A stretch of 64,000 bases of DNA. It comes from an uncultured Methanosarcinales archaeon (lineage in GTDB: Archaea > Nanobdellota > Nanobdellia > Woesearchaeales > GW2011-AR9). Position 1 is the stretch's first letter. Each line of letters opens with the position of its first letter. Below, one piece after another: positions 57,142 through 64,000 of the stretch. The stretch is from positions 4,923 to 68,922 of the forward strand of contig CAZCGN010000002.1 of the NCBI GenBank assembly GCA_964498285.1, in the 5' to 3' direction. Position numbers and translations under genes: made by a program. The notes beneath the pieces were generated by a model. It did not search any database, was not told the DNA's origin, and worked only from the letters and a program-made list of their open reading frames with translations.

Positions 57142-58021
57142 CAAATCCATCCTTTTCTAATGCTTTACACAAACCCAAAAGCCATTCTTGCTCTTTTTTT
57201 GTATAATCTTTTTTAACAGATTTTCCAAGCTCAGAGATCCTCGTTTTCTTTCCATTATTCTTACGGACATATTCTAAGATCCTTCCTCGAAAGATTCTGT
57301 TTGGAACAAATTTGCCATTCTCTGTAATGCCTTTCTCCTCCCTTTTTTCCATAACAAAAAAGGCAGATTCTCCTTTCGTTTCGATTTCTGGTGCAAACAA
57401 ACATTTCTTTTGCATAATACATTCAGAACAGTTCGGTTTTTTCCTAGTACACATGCTTGAAGCAAAATCCATTAATGCATTATGAAAATCAGAACTTCTG
57501 TTTTTAGGAATATTCTTTTTTACAAGATTGTATAATGCTTTTTCACCTTCACGTTTCATTGGAAGACCCTGATCTACTCCTTCAAATACACGCATGAACA
57601 CTCTCCTGACATTCACATCAATTGCAGGGACAGGTTTGTTATACGCAAACGATGCAATAGAACCAGCAGCATACGGGCCTATTCCTGGAAGTGCAAGTAG
57701 GGTATCGTAATCCTCAGGAATAATGCCATCAAATTTCTGCACAACTTCTTGTGCAAACGCATGAAGCATAAGTGCGCGTCTATTATATCCCAACCCACTC
57801 CATGATTGAATCACATCAGCTTTTGTTGCATTTGCTAAATCTCTAAGAGTTGGGAAACAAGAAAGAAATTCGTGATATTTTACAACGACACGACTAACTT
57901 GCGTTTGCTGCAGCATGACTTCTGAGACAAGCACTTGGTATGGTGTAACACCTTTTCTACGCCACGGTAAATCCCGTTTGTTATCTTTGTACCAGTCAAG
58001 TAAGTTATGAGAAAAGAACAT
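57089..58021 (-). CDS. mutY: A/G-specific adenine glycosylase
   Basis: RDLPWR, VSEVMLQQT, WSGLGYNRRA, LPGIGPY, DVNVRRV, Fe-S cysteines. Confidence 0.93.
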   Translation of the reverse strand: MFFSHNLLDWYKDNKRDLPWRRKGVTPYQVLVSEVMLQQTQVSRVVVKYHEFLSCFPTLRDLANATKADVIQSWSGLGYNRRALMLHAFAQEVVQKFDGIIPEDYDTLLALPGIGPYAAGSIASFAYNKPVPAIDVNVRRVFMRVFEGVDQGLPMKREGEKALYNLVKKNIPKNRSSDFHNALMDFASSMCTRKKPNCSECIMQKKCLFAPEIETKGESAFFVMEKREEKGITENGKFVPNRIFRGRILEYVRKNNGKKTRISELGKSVKKDYTKKEQEWLLGLCKALEKDGFVTHSFVPPNIVLLLVQE

Positions 58022-58060
58022 GAAAAAGAAAAGATAAAAAGAAGTATTTATGTGTTGTGA

Positions 58061-58432
58061 TTAATTGGAGAGGTCTCGTACAACTTCACGTGCTTGGTTA
58101 TCATTAATATAGCCCTTTCCATCAGTACGTACATTGTGAAGTCCACCTTGTCTACTGTCTTTTGGTCTTTGTAGATAAACAACTCTGCCTAATCCCATAA
58201 CTTCCTTAGCATCTAGTAATGCACTATACCAGTTTGGTGCAGCTCCATTAATGACAATTCCTGCAACATCAACTCCTGGTTCATCAAGAAGAGCTTCTGT
58301 GAGAGAATCAAGATCACTAAACGGTTGAACTTCAACTCGTTCTTTTCCTTTTCCTAATCTAACACCAGTTAGTTTTCTTACGTTCGCTTCCCCAACTCCA
58401 TTGGTACTATCATCAAAATACATTATTTTCAT
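58061..58432 (-). CDS. hypothetical protein, possible degenerate receiver fold
   Basis: MKIMYFDD start; alpha/beta pattern. Confidence 0.5.
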   Translation of the reverse strand: MKIMYFDDSTNGVGEANVRKLTGVRLGKGKERVEVQPFSDLDSLTEALLDEPGVDVAGIVINGAAPNWYSALLDAKEVMGLGRVVYLQRPKDSRQGGLHNVRTDGKGYINDNQAREVVRDLSN

Positions 58433-58456
58433 TTCTTATTTCATCTCCGTATCTAT

Positions 58457-58864
58457 TTATTGTAAAAAACCAATCTTATTTCCTGCTGAAGCTACAGTAG
58501 GCCTATTAGTTAGTCCAAATTGCACCTCATAAACATGAGGTTTTAATCCAAAATGTTCTGTAAATCTTCTTGCACTACCTGAATCATCAAGGTATACTAC
58601 ACTAAAACCATCTCTTGGCACCCACCCTGCTGCAATATCAGGGTCTTCTTCAGTAAACGCTTCCATTTCCGTGAGTGTATCATTGATAGTACCGCCAGCG
58701 TATGGATAGAGCCTTTCTCCTTCTGAGATAAATTCTCCTGTTCTAAGAATGGTCCGTTTTGAAAAAGCAGGTCTCTGGCTTCCATTGAGCAAAAGACCAA
58801 CAAACTCATCATCTCCTCTAACTCCAGGTGTTCCAATTCGATATACTGTCACTTCAAATGCCAT
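58457..58864 (-). CDS. hypothetical protein
   Basis: ORF co-oriented with neighbours; TATA upstream. Confidence 0.55.
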   Translation of the reverse strand: MAFEVTVYRIGTPGVRGDDEFVGLLLNGSQRPAFSKRTILRTGEFISEGERLYPYAGGTINDTLTEMEAFTEEDPDIAAGWVPRDGFSVVYLDDSGSARRFTEHFGLKPHVYEVQFGLTNRPTVASAGNKIGFLQ

Positions 58865-58956
58865 GGTATGTATTTCTCTTGAAGAAGAGATTTCAAGCAA
58901 AAAAGAATATACTTTATATATAAAGTTTTTGACTAATCTTCACTTATCAATAACAA

Positions 58957-59556
58957 CTACACTAGCAATCTAATCACATGCATTACAGTTCCTGCAACAA
59001 GTGGGATAAGAAAGTTATCATCAAGGATTTTGCCAAAAAATCGCATTTCAACCAGTTCTGCCATCATTGCAGTAAAACTTCCTGCTGCTGCAAGTACTGG
59101 GTGCACAAAAAAGAGTGCTCCAAAAAAACCTAACATAATACCTGCAAATGTGCCTTCCATAAGTTTTGCACTATTCCAATTAAAGATATTTTTAATAGTG
59201 CCATACTGTCTTCCAACAATATGACTTATACTATCGCCAAGCGCTAGAATAATAATTGCTGCTGTAGCAATGTCTTTATCAAATAACTCCATTGCTAAAA
59301 GGGAGCCTGCAAAAAAGAAGACAACACCTTTGCCAGGAAAAACATGTCTTGCTTCTTTTCTTTCAAACCAATCTAACCCCTGCGCAAAAATAGGGATTCG
59401 ATATTTTTTTGAAAGAAGTGAGATACAAAAGCCACCAATAAGGATGAAAAACATGTGCCACTTTGTAATAAGTGAGAAATGATACAAGAGAACAATAGTT
59501 GTTCCAACAATCATGTGCATGATTTGCCTTCGAACTTCAAACGAACTGATACTCAT
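58957..59556 (-). CDS. SEC59/DGK1/VTE5 family polyprenol (dolichol/phytol) kinase
   Basis: EVRRQIMH, LALGDSIS..G..YG, K..EG, DDNFLIP; multi-TM. Confidence 0.88.
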   Translation of the reverse strand: MSISSFEVRRQIMHMIVGTTIVLLYHFSLITKWHMFFILIGGFCISLLSKKYRIPIFAQGLDWFERKEARHVFPGKGVVFFFAGSLLAMELFDKDIATAAIIILALGDSISHIVGRQYGTIKNIFNWNSAKLMEGTFAGIMLGFFGALFFVHPVLAAAGSFTAMMAELVEMRFFGKILDDNFLIPLVAGTVMHVIRLLV

Positions 59557-59590
59557 AGAACTCTACAAAGATGGGTTTTAGTTAAATATG

Positions 59591-60472
59591 TTATGTATTA
59601 AGTGCAGTGGTCTGGCGAGCAATCTGAACAAGGTATTCTGAACAAGTTCTAAAGTAGTGTTGAATTTCTCTATTCTCCATATCCTTAAACCAGAAGAAAT
59701 GTGGTTGTTCTAGGGCAATTGTTGCAAATGATTCTTTTGAATATTTGTAGTAGAGTTTGTGTGTCTTCTCAACTAAATTATAGAGTCGCGTTGCTTCTTT
59801 TGTCATAATTTTAGTGATGGCAACTTCTTTTTCTCGTTGGAAATATCTTCTAACATAATCAAACTGATTTGCAGCAAGCTCAAGAAAACTAACTATGCTA
59901 TACATATAGTGTGGATATTTATAACCGGTTCGGTTAATAGTGCGCTTTAGAAGCATAACATATTTGTTTATGGTAAGTTCGAGTGTTTTTATTTGATTTA
60001 GATTTTCTACTTGTCTTAATTTAAATGAATCCCTATTTATTTTTGCAACTTGCTTTAAGAGCAAAAAGACTCTTTGTAAAATGGTATCAAACTCATCATC
60101 CATATATTGTGCAACAGATTTAAGGACAACTTTATTTGGTTTTGATTCTACAATTTCAAATCCGATAAGAAGATCAACACAACCTTCAATTGTTTTGAGT
60201 GTTTTTGGATCAGAATACTCAACTACAACTTCATCATAACCTAGTGTGTATGTTGGTTGTATTAGTCTCCAAACAATTTCTATTTTTGGTGAGTCAAGAT
60301 CTATTTTCGTTTTCTTTTCAAATACTTCTGCAGTTGATGTAAGGACTAGTTTATTGTCAACAGGCGAAAAATTAATGTGATCTCCTTTCTTCAGATTATG
60401 CCGCTTGATCCATTTACTTGGTATCGCTGCCATAAGGGTATGTTTTCCCATAAGTACGAGTTTTCGCTTCAT
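59591..60472 (-). CDS. AbrB-PhoU family regulator (paralog 3)
   Basis: MKRKLVLMGKHTLMAAIPSKW, GYDEV, IGFEIVE, LELAANQ. Confidence 0.88.
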   Translation of the reverse strand: MKRKLVLMGKHTLMAAIPSKWIKRHNLKKGDHINFSPVDNKLVLTSTAEVFEKKTKIDLDSPKIEIVWRLIQPTYTLGYDEVVVEYSDPKTLKTIEGCVDLLIGFEIVESKPNKVVLKSVAQYMDDEFDTILQRVFLLLKQVAKINRDSFKLRQVENLNQIKTLELTINKYVMLLKRTINRTGYKYPHYMYSIVSFLELAANQFDYVRRYFQREKEVAITKIMTKEATRLYNLVEKTHKLYYKYSKESFATIALEQPHFFWFKDMENREIQHYFRTCSEYLVQIARQTTALNT

Positions 60473-60518
60473 GGGTGTCAAAAATGGTCAAAACTATATA
60501 AAATTTGCTAAAAAAACT

Positions 60519-60541
60519 TAAACTTTTAAGCTAAAAGTTTA
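60519..60541. promoter_or_regulatory. palindromic operator candidate TAAACTTTTA-AGC-TAAAAGTTTA
   Basis: Perfect 10-bp arms between PhoU paralog 3 and the cupin-HAD operon. Confidence 0.65.
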
Positions 60542-60567
60542 TACTAGGAAGGTATATTTTTGTGATT

Positions 60568-60903
60568 ATGAAAAAATACGATATAACTGCTGAGCAGAAA
60601 GTAAAGACTGTTACATCTTTAAAGAATGGTTCACCTCTTAAGATTTATAGGATTGCTAATGAAACTGGCAAAGTTTATCCTAATGAATTTTTGCATTACC
60701 ATCCTAATGGGCACGAGTATTATATTGTCCTCACAGGCCATATTGTAATCCAAGTTGGAAAGAAAAAGGTAGATCTCAAAGCAGGTGAGATGCTTCAGCT
60801 ATTTCCAGGTGAAGTCCACAAAGTTGCTAAAGTAATTGAGCAATGTGATACTATTGTGATTCGTAACGAATTTGCAGAGAATGATAAGGTTGTAACGGAA
60901 TGA
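60568..60903 (+). CDS. cupin domain protein
   Basis: HYH..HEYYIVLTG..LKAGE..PGEVH. Confidence 0.88.
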   Translation: MKKYDITAEQKVKTVTSLKNGSPLKIYRIANETGKVYPNEFLHYHPNGHEYYIVLTGHIVIQVGKKKVDLKAGEMLQLFPGEVHKVAKVIEQCDTIVIRNEFAENDKVVTE

Positions 60904-61553
60904 AAGCAGTAATATTTGGAATGAATGGCGTATTGTATGATTCAACTCCCCATATCTGGCAAGCACGTAAAGAGTATTTTACAAAGATTGGTATTGAACT
61001 AAAAGACGAATTTATATCGAGCTTACTAGGCCTTTCACTTAAGGATCAGCTTACAATTATTGAAAAAAAACATAACCTTTCAATAGACTATAAGAATTTT
61101 GAGATGCTGCTACGTGCTCGTGAGTTAGAACTCTTGAAATATAAGTTAGAACCAAGTAAAGGTGTTATCGAGCTCCTCAACTGGCTTAGTGAACGAAACA
61201 TTCCAAAAGCAATAGGATCAATGAATAGTCGGAAGAACGTACTCCAAAATCTTAGGCTTCTTAGCCTGGATAAATATTTCGAAGTAATAGTGTCTGTAGA
61301 AGATGTTGAAAAGAAAAAACCAAATCCTGAATTTCTTCTAAAAGCAGCAGAAAAGTTAGGTGTTGAACCAGAGGAGTGCGTATATGTTGATGATTCACCT
61401 AATGGAATTGAAACAGCTCATAAGATTGGTATGAAAATTCTATGTGTCATCTCCCCTCAACATACAAGGAAAGATTATGATAGTGCTGATTATGTTGTGG
61501 GATCTTTAGAAGAAGTTGAAAAAGTACTTTCCCAGGAGCTTGAACAAAAGTGA
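60900..61553 (+). CDS. HAD family hydrolase with degenerate motif I
   Basis: IFGMNGVL instead of DxDG; KPNPE and YVDDSPNG motifs retained. Confidence 0.85.
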   Translation: MKAVIFGMNGVLYDSTPHIWQARKEYFTKIGIELKDEFISSLLGLSLKDQLTIIEKKHNLSIDYKNFEMLLRARELELLKYKLEPSKGVIELLNWLSERNIPKAIGSMNSRKNVLQNLRLLSLDKYFEVIVSVEDVEKKKPNPEFLLKAAEKLGVEPEECVYVDDSPNGIETAHKIGMKILCVISPQHTRKDYDSADYVVGSLEEVEKVLSQELEQK

Positions 61554-62158
61554 TTAGACTAATTGCCTTTGCCTTTGATTTTGATGGAGTAATCATTAAT
61601 GAGTATCAAAAGCATTATCAACTAAGTAGAAAACAAATAATAAATCTAACTGAAGATGAGTTTAAAAAATTATTCTATGGGAACATACATCTAGAAAGAG
61701 AAAAGCTAAGGGACAGAGATACTGGTTTTGATGTAAAAGAGAGTTTTAATGAACACAAGAAACAAGTCCAAGTTCAAGCAAGGATAAAAAAGATATTAAA
61801 AGATATCTCAGAGGAGTATACCCTAGGAATAATTAGCTCAGCTAAAGAGAGTGGAATACTCGAGTGTTTACAAAATAATGACCTTAATGGAATTTTTTCT
61901 TTTGTGTTTGGTTTTGAAACCCATAGCCAAAAAGAAGAAAAATTCAAACTGGTCCTGGATCAATTTAAGATTAAACCAAACCAAATTATTTTCATAACGG
62001 ATACGCTAGGAGACATATTAGAAGCAAAAAGTCAAGGTATACAATCAATTGCAGTAGACTTCGGGTATCATTCAAAAATTGATTTAGAAAAAGGCAATCC
62101 ACTAAAGATTATTCATTCATTCTCAGATATCTTTAGAACTCTACATTCTCTTAAATAA
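61550..62158 (+). CDS. HAD family phosphatase
   Basis: FDFDGVI, ISS, K, ITDTLGD. Confidence 0.88.
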   Translation: MIRLIAFAFDFDGVIINEYQKHYQLSRKQIINLTEDEFKKLFYGNIHLEREKLRDRDTGFDVKESFNEHKKQVQVQARIKKILKDISEEYTLGIISSAKESGILECLQNNDLNGIFSFVFGFETHSQKEEKFKLVLDQFKIKPNQIIFITDTLGDILEAKSQGIQSIAVDFGYHSKIDLEKGNPLKIIHSFSDIFRTLHSLK

Positions 62159-62216
62159 GATTATGAATTACATACTATCACAACTTATTTAAAACTCTAC
62201 TCAAATCTTTTCTTTA

Positions 62217-62903
62217 ATGAAATTCAAAGTAACGAAAGTTGTGAGGGAAACTCCTGATACTGTAAGCATCTATTTTGATGGGCCAAGAATGAATCATATC
62301 CCTGGTCAGTTTGTGATGCTCAACTATCCTACTAAAGATACGTTTGTGAAACGAGCGTATTCAATAGCTTCATCTCCAACAAAAGATTACTTGCAACTAT
62401 GCATTAAAGCAATGCCAGAAGGGTTTGTCTCGCAAGAATTTCAAACTGTAAAAGTAGGAACAGAATTTGAAATGACGGGTCCTCATGGACGATTTACGTT
62501 TGATGAAAAACATAAAGATATTGTGCTGTTGGGCGCGGGATCGGGCGTTGCTCCATATCTTGCAATGCTCCAGTTCGCACAAGATAAGGATCTTACAAAC
62601 AATATAACTCTTTTTACATCACATAGAACCGGAAGAGATTGTATTTTTCAGAATATGTTTGAAGAAATTGCACATAAAAACAAAAATATTCGATTATTTT
62701 CGTGTGTGACACGTGAAGAGAATACCGGTGTTCGTGCGCGTTGTGGAAGAATTACAAAAGAGTACATGGTAGAACATCTCAAATCCTTTGAAAACAAACA
62801 TTTCTATTTATGTGGTCCCGCAGCGTTTGTTAGTGCAATGAAAGATCTTTTATTCTCTGAAGGCGTTACAAAAGAGAGGATTACCTTAGAAGTGTATGGT
62901 TAG
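62217..62903 (+). CDS. ferredoxin-NAD(P) reductase-like FAD-binding oxidoreductase
   Basis: PGQF, RAYSIAS, GPHGRF, GAGSGVAP, YLCGP. Confidence 0.92.
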   Translation: MKFKVTKVVRETPDTVSIYFDGPRMNHIPGQFVMLNYPTKDTFVKRAYSIASSPTKDYLQLCIKAMPEGFVSQEFQTVKVGTEFEMTGPHGRFTFDEKHKDIVLLGAGSGVAPYLAMLQFAQDKDLTNNITLFTSHRTGRDCIFQNMFEEIAHKNKNIRLFSCVTREENTGVRARCGRITKEYMVEHLKSFENKHFYLCGPAAFVSAMKDLLFSEGVTKERITLEVYG

Positions 62904-62908
62904 ATGGG

Positions 62909-63340
62909 TTATCTATAGTTTGGATCTCTGGCTTGTGTCGTTTTTAGTGTTTCTACCCAGAGTAAGGCACCATCAGGTCTCCTGTACAAGTCATTTTCTC
63001 CGATTTCTGAGTCTTGAATAAGTTTGATATCTTCTAAGTTAATTGCGTCTGGCCTTAGTCTCTCAGAATGACCAACGAGAATTGCATCAAGAGGCGTCCC
63101 TCTTTGTTTCATTGCAAGCGCTCTTTTATGGCCGCCACCTTGATGTTCAGGTGGAAGATCATATTTTGATGCATCAGCAATTTCATAAGTAGCCTCATCA
63201 ATTTTTACAACACGAATTGGAGGGATATCTTTTCCTTCACCCAAAGCTCTAACTAAGGAATCTACGACATCTGCTGACTTTGCTTCTTCCCAACCAAATA
63301 TTCGTGTATTTCTAAGGTCAATACTTAATCTTTCATACAT
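62909..63340 (-). CDS. ParB/Srx N-terminal domain-like protein
   Basis: IPPIRV..YEIAD..GGHKRALA. Confidence 0.7.
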   Translation of the reverse strand: MYERLSIDLRNTRIFGWEEAKSADVVDSLVRALGEGKDIPPIRVVKIDEATYEIADASKYDLPPEHQGGGHKRALAMKQRGTPLDAILVGHSERLRPDAINLEDIKLIQDSEIGENDLYRRPDGALLWVETLKTTQARDPNYR

Positions 63341-63456
63341 ATTTATGGTAAAAGAAAGCCCATTTAAAATACTTACTGTCTGGGGACGACATATTTGCAT
63401 TGAGGGTCTTTTCTTTTCACAAACCTTTAAATACCACTCTGTAGAATAAATGCTCT

Positions 63457-64000
63457 ATGAGACCAGAATATCCAACGCCTGAAATGACGCAAATTTCTGA
63501 GTTTGTATGGGAAATTCCAACAAGCTACAAAGAAGGAATGCGAGTTCCAGGAAGAATTTATGCTTCCAAAGAACTGATGGAAGATATGGATAATGGTGTG
63601 TTTAACCAAATCAGTAATGTAGCAACTCTCCCGGGCATTGTTACAGCATCGTTATGCATGCCTGATGCTCACTGGGGATACGGGTTTCCAATAGGTGGTG
63701 TTGCAGCATTCGATATTGAGAACGGTGGTGTGATTTCCCCAGGTGGAATAGGGTTTGATATTAATTGTGGAATGCGGCTTATTACAACAAACTTAACTGA
63801 AGATGAAGTACGACCAAAAATTAAAGAGCTCGTGAATCTTCTCTACAAGAAAGTTCCAGTAGGTGTTGGCTGTAAAGGTACAGTACAATTAACACAAGAA
63901 CAATTCAAAGAAGTTATGGAAGATGGAGCGCAGTGGTGTCAAAAAAATGGGTTCGCAACAGTTCATGATATTGAGCACATTGAAGATAGAGGAAAAATTA
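63457..64000 (+). CDS. rtcB: RtcB RNA ligase (5' part, runs off the window end)
   Basis: Manual translation ..MRVPGRIYA..NVATLPGI..MPDAHWGYGFPIGGVAAFD..SPGGIGFDINCGMRL. Confidence 0.95.
   Translation, partial: MRPEYPTPEMTQISEFVWEIPTSYKEGMRVPGRIYASKELMEDMDNGVFNQISNVATLPGIVTASLCMPDAHWGYGFPIGGVAAFDIENGGVISPGGIGFDINCGMRLITTNLTEDEVRPKIKELVNLLYKKVPVGVGCKGTVQLTQEQFKEVMEDGAQWCQKNGFATVHDIEHIEDRGKI

Noticed and set aside
63427-63609. 60-aa minus-strand ORF
   Set aside because: Antisense to the well-supported rtcB 5' region

Overview
AT-rich, gene-dense archaeal DNA, most likely a DPANN lineage such as Woesearchaeota/Pacearchaeota. The archaeal call rests on rpl15e, an intron-containing tRNA-Leu, NurA, archaeal-type RtcB, a double-module Lrp/AsnC regulator, three AbrB-PhoU regulators, and TATA boxes ~20-25 nt before start codons; the DPANN call is inference. 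The region ~3.4-17.9 kb looks like an accessory island next to the 3' end of tRNA-Thr(GGT). It holds an Fe-S PD-(D/E)xK nuclease coupled to a Type I R-M system, two orphan genes, and a minimal type IV secretion-like operon: a small Zn-finger, a membrane protein, a VirB2-like pilin, a VirB6-like fusion, and a VirB4 ATPase with an N-terminal PrgI-like region and a C-terminal PD-(D/E)xK domain. No integrase or separate relaxase is visible. The second striking locus (30.0-39.3 kb) has a 1072-aa membrane kinase-like protein whose C-terminal putative extracellular domain is duplicated in a small neighbouring membrane protein. It also has two distantly related coiled-coil proteins flanking a methyltransferase-like gene, an AbrB-PhoU regulator and a MazG-like gene, with a 15-bp motif repeated in three of its upstream regions. 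The rest mixes housekeeping genes (hppA, nth, mutY, trxA, rpl15e with a likely eL15 leader, a CBS-HPF protein, rtcB) with lineage-specific genes, including several atypical kinases and tandem oligoribonucleases. All calls come from motif reading by eye; no searches were run.
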